Shown: positions 25,449-37,801 of the stretch, one piece after another
Layout of the letters: each line of letters opens with the position of its first letter
Position numbering within the stretch: position 1 is the first letter of the stretch
The notes under the pieces: generated by a model
What the model was told of the DNA's origin: nothing
The model's database searches: none
The model's input: the letters and a program-made list of their open reading frames with translations, nothing else
Made by a program: the position numbers and the translations under genes
DNA from: Squalus acanthias
Taxonomy: Eukaryota
DNA: 64,000 nucleotides
Direction: 5' to 3'
Assembly (NCBI GenBank): GCA_030390025.1
Contig: CM059432.1
Coordinates: forward strand, 72,666,001-72,730,000

Positions 25449-26196
25449 GCTGATGTAATAGAAGGCAGGTCAAGTAGGGATGAGAGAAGCAATCTGTCAA
25501 TGGTCTGAAAGGTTGTACCAATGTGGTGACAACGGTTCCCGAATTTGCTGAAAACACTTGCAACCTCTAGAAAGCTCAATCTGTGCTGACAATGCAGTCA
25601 GCAACAGCATCTGCCTCAGGAAAGTAACCAGGTGTCAGGTGGGAGGATTTATTGTGCTTTCCATGCTGTGCAGTAATGAGTTCCATCAATGGCCATTGAT
25701 TTCCGCCTCAGGTTTACAGACGTGGTTCCCGAGCTGCCTGATTCCCGTGCTCATACAGTGAAAGTGGAAAGGTAGGGTTAAAAAAAGACACTTAAGGGTC
25801 TAACAAGTAGCTAATAATTATCTAAATTAGCTCGGCCGCCTCTGCCATTCGGGTCACGGCTGCACTGGCAAACGCGCCCGAGTGAAAGGTGCGAGGAGGT
25901 GCGATGGCAGTGGGTTCCCGACCCGCTCTGATTTATTTCAACTTTCACTCCTGACCTGCCTCCAATCCTGCCCGCACGGACGCAAGAAAATTCCGGCCAA
26001 GATCTAATGTAGTTACATAAAATTACATAGAACTGATTAGAAATTACACCATAGAAACTGGCCTTTCGCTCAACTAGTCCATATTGGTGTTTATCCTCCA
26101 TACAAGCAGTAGTCTAATACCACCTGCCTGCCCTGTTCCCATATCCCTTTACCCTCTTTCCTTCAATCACCTTTCTAACCTATCCATGTTGACATG

Positions 26197-26351
26197 GGGC
26201 GCGATTTTTACCTTCACTGCCTGGACGCTAATCTGGTGCAGTGGATACCGTGTCCATTGTAAATGGGATGAAAATCAAACGGGTTCTATAATGGATGGGC
26301 AATCAGCTCTGCCAGAATACTACCCAAGTGGTGAAAATGAAAATTTATCCC
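26197..26351. mobile_element. Very short Harbinger-type MITE (155 bp)
   Basis: atg|gggcgcgattttt ... aaaatttatccc|atg (TSD ATG). Confidence 0.6.
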
Positions 26352-27110
26352 ATGGTCTCTGCTGTAATCACAAACTCTGGTAGTGCATTCCAGAGCTTCA
26401 CAACATTTATGTGAAGAGGTTTCTCCTGCTATCTGTCCTAACTCTTCATTTAATTTTACATCTATGTCGCTTTACTTTAGACCCCTCAACCACTCTCCTA
26501 TCTACCCTGTATCCTTTCATAATTTCAAACATCTCTTTCAAATCATCATGTAATATCCTCTGTTCTAATAGTCTTTCTTTGTATTTCCTCATAACAAGCA
26601 GCATGCTAGTGAATCTGTCTTTATTGCTTTAATCCTTCCTATAGTGTGGAGCCGAAAATTACACACAGTAAGGTTTTGTATAGATTCACCATTACATCTT
26701 GACTTTTATATTCTATACCTCTTGCCATAAAACCCAGTATTCCATTAACTTTTTTAATGGCCTTATCCACTTGAGCTGCTGCTTTTAATGTCTTGTGAAC
26801 CTGAACCCCCAAATCCCTATGATTTTTCACATCACCCAGCCTTATCCCCAATCAAAATATTATTTTATGTTATTTTACCACAATATACCATCTCACACGT
26901 ACTACATTAAATGCCACTTTTTTGCAGATTCCACCAACTTATCAGTATGTCCTTGCTGCAGCTTCCTTTGGTCCTCAGAATTATTTACAATGTCTACTAG
27001 TTTAATATCATCTGCAAAATTGGACACCATTCTCTCTGGACTGAAAACTAAACCATGTGGGACACTGCTACGCACTTCCATTCATTTTGAGAAGTTGCCC
27101 TTAACTCTTA

Positions 27111-27892
27111 GGCCGTGAAATTCATAGGTTAGCGCCTCCGTTAGTGCCTGGCGGGGGTGCGACTGGCCACAGCGAATTCAACAGCGCACGTGACCTTCAG
27201 TGGCGAATTAGCGCTGGCGCTATTAGCGCCTAGGCCTCTAGCGCCTTTCACATGGTGACGTCAATGCATGTGCAACAGCCCGTTAACGGCCCCGATGTAA
27301 AATTGTCTTTCGCCCCCTGCTTTAGCGCCTCGCGCCGACAACGCCAGTGAGAGGAGGATTTGTGCACTCGGAAGTGCGCTGCAGGAGCGGTAATTAAAGG
27401 GAATGTTTCCATGTCGCTTGAACATCGCGAAAAAGGCGCTTTCAGTGATCGCACCGTTTATTACTTGCACCAGTCTGCTGCCTGTGCAAAATTTTTTACA
27501 CCTTTTCCTCAAACATCTCCAAATGCTGCACTTTCTGAAAGTGATGGGGGCTGCAATGGCAGTCGCCCAGATCGCGTTGAAAAACACCACTGATGACTAC
27601 GAGGTTATACAGCGTGATTGGCCCTTCCCTTTAAGTGATGGAAGCAGCCTGTGTGATTAAAGAGTGCCGTTTGGACTGCGCATGACCTTCTTTATCGCTC
27701 TGCCGGTAGCGCCCCGCTCTCAGAGGTTAGCGCCCTAAGTTAGGAGTGTAGCGCTTGTTTTAGTGCTCCACTTCCCTCTTGGAGTGCTAACAATGAATTT
27801 CGCGGGAGTCGACAATGATTAGTGTCTGGCGCTAATTCTTCAACTTTTAAAGTTTTAGCGCCCCAAACAAGGCTATACCGAATTTCTCCCCC
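27111..27892. mobile_element. Harbinger-type MITE inserted in CR1
   Basis: tta|ggccgtgaaattc ... gaatttctccccc|tta (TSD TTA); many AGCGC subterminal repeats. Confidence 0.85.
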
Positions 27893-28680
27893 TTACTCTC
27901 TGTTTCCTACCTTCTAGCCAGCTTTTAATCCAATTAGCTACCCCTCCCCTAGTTTCCCTTAATCTTCTCCAATAATGTGTGCTACCTTATCAAAGGCTTT
28001 CTGAAAATCCATGTTCAGCACACCAAATACATTTTCCCCATCGACCATATCTGTAGCCTCCTCAAAGATCTCTATCAGGTTTGTCAAGCATCATCTTTGT
28101 TTCTGAAATGTGTGTTAGCTGCTTCTAATTATTTTCTCTTTATCTAGATAGTTAGTAATTTCATCTTTTAATTAAAGATTCCAAAATTTCCCTACCTTAA
28201 ACTAACTGACCTATAATTACCTGGGTTAGCTCTGTCTCACTTTATGAAAATGGGTAGTACGTTGCCCACTCTCCAGTCCTCTGACACACATACACTCTCA
28301 ATAGAACTCTCAAAGAATATTTTGTGCCTCTGCTATTTCTTCCCTTTAGCTTATTTAACTTCTCTAATATTTTTTATTTATTTTATCTCTTAACTTCATT
28401 TTAACCAATTCAGGATTTATCTCCTCTTGTTAAGTATCCCTGGCAATTTGCATTTATCCCCTACCAATTCACTATCCTCTCCTCTCAGAGGTCCCACCTC
28501 ATATTGAACAATTCTCTTTTTACTAATATATTTGTACAATAATGGTCTTTTAAAATATTTTTTGAGATTTTCTCTGCATATTTTCTTTGCTTTCCTTATC
28601 TCTCTCTTAACCTCTTTCCATAATTTCTTGTATTTTCTTATTTTTATCTTATCAATAGGCCCCAGGAACACTCTTCTTTA

Positions 28681-29220
28681 ATAAAAAACAGAAAATGCTG
28701 GAAATACTCAGCAGGTCAGGCAGCATCTGTAGAGAGAGAAACAGAGTTAACGTTTCAGGTCGATGACCCTTTGTCAGAACTGGAAAAAGTTGGAGATGTA
28801 ACAGATTTTTAAGTAAGTGCAGGGGCAGGGAGAGGGGGGAGGGGAGGAAAGAACAAAAGGGAAGGTCTGTGATAGGATGGAAGGCAGGAGAGATTAAGAG
28901 ACAAAAGGGATGATGGTGCAAGGCAATAATGAGATGGTAATGGGACAAGTTAAGAAACAAAAGATGACTAGATGAAGTGTAAATGGCAATGGCAGGATGA
29001 TCAACAGCTGCCATGTGAAAGAGAGAGAAAAAATGATAGGGGCAGAGGTTATGGTCTGAAATTGTTGAACTCGATGTTGAGTCCACAAGGCTGCAAAGTG
29101 CCTAATCGAAAGATGAGGTGCTGTTCCTCGAGCTTACGTTGAGCTTCATTGGAACAGTGTAAGAGGCCGAGGACGGAGAGGTCAGAGTGGGAGTGAAGCG
29201 GAGAATTAAAGTGACAGACG
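28681..29220 (-). mobile_element. Penelope-like element 3' end (GIY-YIG C-terminus + pseudo-LTR)
   Basis: Minus strand FNSPLHSHSDLSVLGLLHCSNEAQRKLEEQHLIFRLGTLQPCGLNIEFNNFRP*; imperfect TSD acact(c)ttcttta on both sides. Confidence 0.85.
28745..28781 (-). ncRNA. Minimal hammerhead ribozyme motif (CpG-decayed) in the Penelope pseudo-LTR
   Basis: Minus strand AGTT-CTGACaA-AGGGTCATCGACCT-GAAAC-GTT-AACT: stem I AGTT/AACT, stem II GGTC/GACC, palindromic ACGT stem III; G8 replaced by A. Confidence 0.65.
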
Positions 29221-29419
29221 ACACTTCTTTAGTTTGTTTCTAATCTCTTTATTTACCCATGGCATCCTGAAACTTGAAGTGCTATCCCTTTTTAATAGTA
29301 TATATTTATTCTGCAACTTCACAATCTCCTTTTTAAAAATATCCCACTGTTGATCTCTCGTCCTGTGTGCCAATTTCCAATTTCACCACAGTTAGCTTAC
29401 TTCTCAGGCCCAATATAAC

Positions 29420-31346
29420 TTAGGGTGTAAGTGCAGTGTGCGGGGTCAGTGGTGAACAGCAAGTTTGCATCACGGCACCATATGAGGCCTAAAGAGATTT
29501 TAACTCCCTGGAAAAAGTTAGAGATGTGATAAAGATTGTTGGTAGGTGAGTGAAGGGGAACTGGTGAATTCAGCAGTGTGTGAGGCTAGTGGTTCAGTTG
29601 TAAGGATATGGAATTTGAAGACGAATTCACTGACCTTGACCACTCATGAGAGGTCATTAAACTTCTTGCGGCACTGCATCCAGGTCCTCGGGGCTACACT
29701 GGTGGCATTGACCGGGATGGCTATCTGCTCCCATTGTCTCCTCAGAGTTTGTCTGGAGGGCCTCCTGTCCCCCTGTGGAATCAGGACCTCTCTCCTCTTA
29801 TCCACCTCCTGCATCAAGGCCTCCAGTGCCGCGTCATAGAACCTTGGAGGCCGTGCTCTGCCCTGTTGCGCCATCAATATGTCATCTTCTTGCTCACACT
29901 CTCTCCCGCAGCCACTTGCAGCACCTGCTGCAGCCAGAAGGCACCTCCCCTTAAAGAGGTGCAGGCTGCCTTTAAGTAGTCCAGGCTACTTGTAAATGGT
30001 GCTAGCATCACACAAACTTGGGCCCCCTGCTGAGATGTGCAGCCACCCAGCAGCGCATTCATCACTAGGCTGTACACTACTATTATTTAAATTAGCAGGC
30101 AGCCCAAAGTTTGCGTGCTGCCTGTGTCGGAAGGAACGGGCGCAGGTTAATTGCGCATCGCAATCCCCACGCCAGTTTTTGTGTCTTGTCCAATTTCTTA
30201 TCTTAAAACACTTTCTGAAGTTTATACAACAGAAAACAAAAGGCATATAATCAATGTTGTTGACATTTCTCTGCCGCACATACACACGTAAAGATACACA
30301 CACAGTCACTGAAATTAATTGTGCCTCCGGGGGCACTAATGGGGCGCTAAGCACTTACCGACCGGGCACGGCGAGAAGATCGACTCCTGCTATGTTCGGC
30401 GGGAGTTTTGCAGCGGCGATATGGCGTTGCGCCCCGATCTCCTTCGCCCGGAGATCGTGATGTCATCGCCGTGCGCATCGCCCCGGTAGTGCCCCGGACC
30501 CAAGCTTCGGCGAAAACACCGGCAGCTGCAGGAGACGTTCATCGGGAGACCGGGCGCTTTGGGGGTGATACTTAAAGGCAAGCTGGCCAAGGTATGTAAA
30601 AAAGATTCTGAAATGCTCTTTCTTTTTTTTTCTTTGTCTTCGCCAGTGATCGATCAGCCCGGCACTCTGCTGCAGTGCATCGGGCTGATCGGGCCGGATC
30701 GCGGCTGCCGTCGGGGACCAGGTAATGTTTCCCCTTGCAGAGCTTGCAGCGATGGCCCTTCCCTGTAAGGGAGGGAAGGAGCCATCCAACGCGGCACGGC
30801 CCATTGTGCAGCACTGCACCACTACCGCCCCGCCTGCTGCCTGTTGCGCTCCAGGAAGGAAGAGGAGCCCTTGATTTAACGCTCCACTTTCTTCCTGGAG
30901 CGCAAACCCCGAAAACTTTTAAAAGTTGAAAAACATTAGCACCTGGCACTAATTTTTTCAACTTTTAAAAGTCAGCGCCCCAAACGGGGCGATACCGAAT
31001 TTCTCCCTGCACACTTTTAATTGTTCACTTTCTGGGTCAGAGAGATTGATTGGCAGTCATTAACAATTATCACATTGTTAAAAATCTGTTAATTACTAGA
31101 CTTAACTTTCTGTGGTGAGTATAATTGTCAATTAATGTGCAAATGCAGCAACTTCATGAACATTGCAGGGAGGTTAAGGGCAAGATGCCGTTTTCACGAA
31201 GCGAACAACAGAGCAGTGCAAATCATCCAGCCACTTGTGGCGATTCACAATTCACGGGGTATCTCTTCCTCGCCACAAGTTGCTGGCCGATTTGCACATG
31301 GTGTGCGTTGTACACATGTCATTATTTTTTCAGCAAATTCTGGGCC
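29420..31346 (-). mobile_element. Partial Harbinger with Myb exon-1 remnant (29877-29644) and a nested GC-rich MITE (~30305-31010)
   Basis: MAQQGRARPPRFYDAALEALMQEV..WEQIA..RTWMQCRKKFNDL; TIR-like end aaattctgggcc; nested element flanked by ACA/ACA. Confidence 0.72.
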
Positions 31347-31484
31347 ACTAACTGAATCTGAGGTTTGTTGACAAGAAATGCACGCAGAGCTAAAATTTTT
31401 AGTATATAGATGGAAAACTGTCATACTTGCTGTCTATGACACATTATTCACACCATCATTTATTTGGCTTTACATAATCTGCAG

Positions 31485-31615
31485 GTCTCCAGAAGCATTG
31501 AAAGCAGTGAAAAGTGAAATTGAAAACATGCTTCGTGTGACAAATCAGAAGCCTGGAGACATTAACCATCCTATTATCTTCACCAGAGAGCAACTAGATA
31601 GCATGACAGCTATGG
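31485..31615 (+). CDS. CYP7A1: CYP7A1-like exon 4 (131 nt)
   Basis: ctgcag|G TCT CCA GAA ... ATG G|gtaag. Encodes RSPEALKAVKSEIENML...FTREQLDSM. Phases 2/1 fit the neighbouring exons. Confidence 0.92.
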
Positions 31616-31688
31616 GTAAGAACATAATCAAATCTGTCATTCTAATATATATCTTTGCAATAGTAATCCGCATGACCTGAAATACTAA

Positions 31689-32292
31689 GGGGGAAAAATT
31701 GGGTTGATTTGGGGGCGCTAACACCTGGGCGCAGCACTGCTAACACCTCCCGCCAAATTCAGCGAGAAGTTAGCGGCGGCGGTAGCCGATAGCGCCCCGG
31801 CCGCAAACTTCCCTTGCACTCCCTGACCTATCGCCGGACTATATGTCCGACAGGGTCAGGGGGTGTTTTTGCAGCGGCGGCGGCGGTAGTTAAAGGACAG
31901 GTGTTGGGTGACCATTTTTTTTGGCCGACTGCCAGCACCTGCCCCCTTTCCCTTTTTTTTCGGGGTGCCAGCCGCGATCGCTCAGTCCGGCACCCTTCTT
32001 GAGTGCCGGGCTGTTTTCACGGCACCCTGCTCCCTGGTGGTCTAGCAGGGCCCCTGGTGCATGCAGCGCTACGCCCCTCCCCTTTAAGCAGGGGAGGAGG
32101 CCTGCAATGACTCAGCGCTACGTACTGCCGCGGGTGGCGCTGTTGCACGTAGCACCGTGATCTTCAGTAGTAGCGCCCCAAGAAGGAGGTGGAGTGCTTC
32201 CAGTAGCGCCCCACCTCCTGCTTGGGCCGTTACTACTGAATTTCCGGCGGAGGGGCGCTAACTTTTTTGGGGCGCCACCCAATTTTCCCCCC
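31689..32292. mobile_element. GC-rich Harbinger MITE 73 bp downstream of exon 4
   Basis: taa|gggggaaaaattggg ... cccaattttcccccc|taa (TSD TAA). Confidence 0.9.
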
Positions 32293-32454
32293 TAAGTCTC
32301 ACAACTAGGGGTTAAAATAGTCAAGGAGTCTTTTATAAATCATATAAGTGGCCCGTGTCAGACAGCAGATTTCTTTCATTTCCCTTTTATTAACAGAATG
32401 AACACGCAATTTTATTGCTAAGACAACCTAAGAATTAGCTTTAACAAATTTTTC

Positions 32455-34815
32455 ATAACATAGGAACAGGAGTAAGCCATTCAGCCCCTTGAGCCTGTTC
32501 CGCCATCCAATTAGATCATGGCTTATCTGTATCTTAACTCCATCTATCCGCCTTGGTTCCATAATTCTTAATAACCTTGCCTAACAAAAATGTGTCAATC
32601 TCAGTTTTGAAATTTTCAATTGACCTAGCCTCAACAGCTTCCGGAGGAGGGAGTTCAAGATTTCCACTAGCCTTTGTGTGAAGAAGTGCTTTCTGACATC
32701 ACCCCTGAATGGCCTAACTCTAATTTTAAGGTTATGCCCCCTTGTTCTGGACTCCCCCACCAGGGGAAATAGTTTATTTCTATCTACCCTATCAATTACT
32801 TTGAACATCTTAAACACCTTAATCTTCTATATTCAAGGAAATATAATCTATGCAATGGGGGTTGTGCCACAGGACTGGAGAATTGCAGATGTTATACCCT
32901 TGTTCAAAAAAGGGTGTAAAGATAAGCCCAGCAACTACAAGCCAGTCAGTTTAACCTCGGTAGTGGGGAAGCTTTTGGAAACAATAATCAGGGACAAAAT
33001 TAACAGTCACTTGGACAAGTGTGGATTAATTAAGGAAAGCCAGGACGGATTTGTTAATGGTAAATCGTGTTTAACCAACTTGATCGAGTTTTTTGATGAA
33101 GTAACAGAGAAGGTTGATGAGGGCAATGCTGTTGACGTGGTGTACATGGATTTCCAAAAGGCGTTCGACAAAGTGCCACATAATAGGCTTGCCAACAAAG
33201 TTGAAGCCCATGGAATAAAAGGGACAGTGGCAGCATGGATACAAAATTGGCTAAGTGACAGGAAACAGAGAGTAGTGGTGAACAGTTGTTTTTCAGACTG
33301 GAGGAAGGTATACAGTGCTGTTCCCCAGGGGTCAGTTCTAGGATCACTGCTTTTCTTGATATATATTAATGACTTGGAGGTGGGTGTACAGGGCACAATT
33401 TCAAAATTTGCAGATGACATAAAACCTGGAAGTATAGTCAACAGTGAGGAGGATAGTGATAGACTTCAAGAGGACATAGACAGGCTGGTGGAATGGGCGG
33501 ACACGTGGCAGATGAAATTTAATGCAGAAAAGTGGGAAGTGATATATTTTGGTAGAAAGAATGAGAGAGGAAATATAAACTAAAGGATACAATTCTAAAG
33601 GGGGTGCATGAACAGAGAGACCTAGGGGTATATGTGCACAAATCGTTGAATGTGGCAGGGCAGTTTGAGAAAACAGCTAAAAAAGCTTACGGGATCCTGG
33701 GCTTCATGAATAGAGGTATAGAGTACAAAAGCGTGGAAATTATGATGAACCTGCATAAAACACTGGTTTGGCCTCAACTGGACTATTGTGTCCAGTTCTG
33801 GGCATCACACTTTAGGAAGGATGTGAAGGCCTCAGAGAGGGTGCAGAAAAGATTTACGAGAATGATACCAGGGGTGAGGGACTTCAGTTACATGGATAGA
33901 CTGGAGAAGCTGGGGTTGTTCTCCTTAGAGCAGAGAAGATTGAAAGGAGATTTGATAGAGGTGTTCAAAATCATGAGGGGTCTGGACAGAGTAGATAGAG
34001 AGAAACTGTTCCCATTGGCAGAAGGGTCAAGAACCAGAGGACACAGATTTAAGGTGATTGGCAAAAGAACCAAAAGCGACATAAGGGAAAACTTTTTTAC
34101 GCAGCGAGTGGTTAGGATCTGGAATGCACTGTCTGAAAGGGTGGTGGAGGCAGACTCAATCACACTTTCAAAAGGGAGTTGGATAAGTACCTGAAGGAAA
34201 AAAAATTGCAAGGCTACGGGGAAAGGGTGGGGGAGTGGAACTAGCTAAAGTGCTCTTGCAGATAGCTGGTGTGGGCTCAACAGACCGAATGGCCTTCTTC
34301 CGTGCTGTAACTATTCTATGATAATCTGTTCTCATAATTTAACCCTTTTAGCCCCGGTATCATTCTGGTGAATCTGCATTGCACCATCTCTAAGGCCATG
34401 TATCCTTCCTGAGGTGCGGTGCCCAGAATTGAATGCAGTACTCCAGGTGGGGTCTAACCAGAGCTCTGTACAGTTGTAACATAACTTCCACCCCTTTATA
34501 TTCAGCCCTCTTGAGGTAAAGGCCAACATTCTATTAGCCTTCTTAATTATTTTTTGTACCTGAACACAAGCTATTAGTGATTTCTGTACTTGGACCCCTA
34601 AATCTCTCTGCTCCTGCACAGTTCCTAGCCTCTCGCCATTTAGAAAATACTTTGGTCTGTCTTTCTTGGATCCAAAGTGGATGACCTCACACTTTCCTAC
34701 ATTGAACTCCATCTGCTACAGTTTTGCCCACTCACTTAATTTATCAATGTCCCTTTGCAACTTCCTGCTCCCATCTCCACTATTTACTGTGTCACCTAAC
34801 TTAGTGTCATCAGTA
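32455..34815. mobile_element. CR1 cluster: minus-strand 3' end (32455-32830), plus-strand 5'-truncated ORF2 (~32850-34325, frameshift ~33575), minus-strand fragment (34330-34815)
   Basis: ORFs 32678-33583 (YMDFQKAFDKVPH, PQGSVLG, KFADD) and 33604-34194; CR1 tails at both ends. Confidence 0.9.
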
Positions 34816-35031
34816 AACACGAAGTTTAAGGCAGCAAATCAATCTTGTGGTTCCAGTGACACTCATAAGATGCCTAAACTTTGTTGTGGTTTACAATGTT
34901 ATTAGAACTATTCAGTTGAATTGCTGTTATATATCTTACTGCCCACCATCTGCCATCCTTTGTCATTGTAGCTAATTTCAGAAATAAACTTGGACATTAT
35001 TCAGTAATGTTTTAATATTGCATGACATAAT

Positions 35032-35598
35032 GGCCCTGAATTTGCGGTCGGAGGCGTACCTCCAGAGTATGCCTCCGACCCACGAAATATTTCCGTACTT
35101 ACCTCCTGGCTCTACAGTTATGGAGCGTTCGGGTCCTGGGCCTGCAGGTGTACGCCTACATAAAGGCCCACGGATCCCAGGGGCACACGCGGTTCGCAAG
35201 CGTCCCTGGGATCACGTGGGCCCAGTCAACCAATCAAAAAGGGGAGATTCCTATGATGCTTATGGGGATTCCATTTACGTGCGGAATCTCCATAAGCATA
35301 TTAGAAATAGCCAAATAAATAAGAATTCACATCACTTAAATAAAAATAAATGTTCCCATGTTCAAAATTAATCAAAAGACTCTTTATTTAAGCATTTAAA
35401 ATAAAAAAATATTTTTTTGAAAAATAAATGTAAATATTTTAAAATGGGCTAAAATTTACCTAAACTAATTTTAAATGTATGTGTATGTTTTAATCATTTT
35501 TAAAGCATGCGGAAACCCGGAACTTGCGGGGCCTTTCAGAAGGCTTCCGATAGTGTACACTGTGCGTACGCTGTCGAAACCACTGTAATTTCAGGCCC
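35032..35598. mobile_element. Harbinger-type MITE 90 bp upstream of exon 5, related to 6367-7109
   Basis: aat|ggccctgaattt ... aatttcaggccc|aat; shared internal gggatcacgtg and AT-rich core. Confidence 0.82.
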
Positions 35599-35688
35599 AA
35601 TAATTCTTTAGAGAAACAATTTCTGGCTTTGTTTTATGCAATGTTTTGTGAATCTCTGCTAAAATATCTTTTGTAAATATTTGAACAG

Positions 35689-35867
35689 GTAGTCTAATAA
35701 ATGAAGGTCTACGCTTATCCAGTGCATCGATAATGCTGCGTGTTGCCACTGAGAACTTCGTACTAACTCTAGATTTGGGTACAAAGCTGGCTGTTCGAAA
35801 AGGAGACCAAATTGGTTTATATCCTCAACAACTGCATTTGGATCCAGAGATTTATGAGGATCCTTTG
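35689..35867 (+). CDS. CYP7A1: CYP7A1-like exon 5 (179 nt), K-helix ExxR; absent from the ORF track
   Basis: gaacag|GT AGT CTA ... CCT TTG|gtaggt. Hand translation: GSLINEGLRLSSASIMLRVATENFVLTLDLGTKLAVRKGDQIGLYPQQLHLDPEIYEDPL. Confidence 0.95.
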
Positions 35868-36149
35868 GTAGGTAAAGTAATACCAAAATAGTGCCCGTTA
35901 AATTCTAGTGTGAATCATTGTAGGAATCCGGAGTATTATATTTCAAAAAAGCACTCTAGTTAAATATTATTAAGGATCTTCATTTCATCTTTGAAAACTG
36001 TGTTGGAGTTATTAGACTGATTTTACAAACCTCCACATTGGGTTTCCTTTCATTTCCTTTTTGTCTTGCATGTTTTTTCCCTCTCTACCTCTCCTCCAAC
36101 CTTGGCAAAGGCTGACAAAAACTCAAATCCATTTTGAGATTGTATAATT

Positions 36150-37210
36150 ACATAATGACTTAGATGAAAGGACCGAGTGTAATATATCCAAGTTTGCTGA
36201 CGATACAAAGCTAGGTGGGAAAGTAAGCTGTGAGGAGGACACAAAGGGCCTGCAAAAGGATATAGACAGGTTAAGTGAGTGGGCAAGCTTAGATGTTGTC
36301 TAGGTCCTGCTGTAGACTGGCATGGACTGCTTCATTATCAGAGTAGTCTGAACTCAGCTGAACACTATGGAATCATCAGCAAACAGCCTCACTCCTGAAC
36401 TTATGATAGAGCGAAGGTCATTGATGAAGCAGCTAAAGATGGTTGGGACGCGAATACTTCTCTGAGCAAAACCTGCAGGGAGTCTTGGGGTTGCGAGGAT
36501 TGGCCTCCAGCACCCACTACCATCTTCCTTTACATCAGGTATGACTCCAGCTACCAGAGTGTTTTCCCCTTGACCCCCATTGATCTCAGTTTTGCTATGG
36601 CTCCTTGGTGCTATATATGGTTGAATATTACCTTGATGTAGAGGACAGCTACTTTTACCTCTTCTCTTGCTCTTGCATCCATGCCTGGATCAAGACGACA
36701 GCGAGGTCTGGAGCTGAGTGGTTCTGATGGAACATGAACTGAGCATCAGAAAGCAGGTTATTGAGGAGGTGTTGCTTGATGGCACCTGTTGATGACTCTT
36801 TCCATCATTATGCTAATGGGAGGCATTTTGCTGGGTTACATTTGACTTGCTTTTTGTAGATAGGACATAGCTGGGCAATTTTTCACATTGTTGGGTAGAT
36901 GCCAGTGTCATAGCTTCACTGGAATAGCTTTGCTAGAGGACCAGATAATTCTGGTGTGCAAGTCTTAGGTACTACAGTTGGGATGTTGTCAGGCCCCATA
37001 GCTTTTGCTGTGTCCAGTGCAAACAGACGCTTCTAAATGTCACATGGACTGAACCAAATTGGTTGGACACTGGCATCTATGATTGTGAGATCCTCAGGAG
37101 CAGGCCAAGTGGGTTTGTCCACTTAGCACTTTTGGCTGAAGACTTTTGCAAACATCTTAGCATTGTCTGTTGCACTCATATGTTAGGCACTGTTGAGGCT
37201 GTTCATCGAA
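36150..37210. mobile_element. Short CR1 RT fragment (+, ~36150-36290) joined to a decayed minus-strand LINE related to 53876-56858
   Basis: aatatatccaagtttgctgacgatacaaagcta ([10 protein letters not shown]); minus-strand homology to gacaacatccc...acttgtgctccagaa and gaagatggttgtgg. Confidence 0.7.
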
Positions 37211-37801
37211 CCTCCTGTCTCCTCCCCTTCCTGTCACCCAGTCATGCTACCTTTTATTTCTCCTGTCTTGGGTACGTTTCCCCCCTCCCCCAATCCCTAC
37301 TCCAACTCATCCCTACTCCTCTGCCTTCCTGCACTCCTGCTGCTCTCACTCAAGGAGGGCGCAAGGATGAGAATGTCACTCTGATGTAGTAAGGGGTACA
37401 CTTCTACAGTTGGATCTAAAGAGAGTTGTTCTCCTGAAAAGTATGTACAATGAAATGTGTCATTATGTGGGACCTAAATTTAAACCATCCATTTTTTAGA
37501 TTAAATGATCAGAACTATTATGTAATTATTTTGTGTTATCTTGCATTTCAGCTGCCATTTTTAAAAATGAGAGTGCTGGAAACCGTGTGATGTAACCACA
37601 GAATCGTATGCATTTATCCCACTCTGCTTTAGTATGATAAAACTTTCTCCATTAGTATAGTAGTATCAAAAATTTTGTTCAACAGAAAATGTAGGTATAT
37701 AAAGAGGATTCTTTGTGCCTTTAAAATATTGCAAATAGCTGATTTTTCATTTGATAGTTTATTAAATGTACTAAAACAATGTATAATCCCTGTCCTTTCA
37801 G

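Larger units (their letters stand above)
20973..25998. mobile_element. Full-length two-gene PIF/Harbinger transposon B in CYP7 intron 3
   Basis: Perfect 14-bp TIR ggccggaattttct / agaaaattccggcc; flanks atg/aag; convergent Myb (+) and DDE transposase (-) genes. Confidence 0.93.
26030..29400 (-). mobile_element. Old, decayed CR1 LINE hosting three later insertions
   Basis: Minus-strand remnants RDLGVQVHKTLK..AIKKVNGILGFMARGIEYKS and KYISKKRIV..VGPL. Confidence 0.75.
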
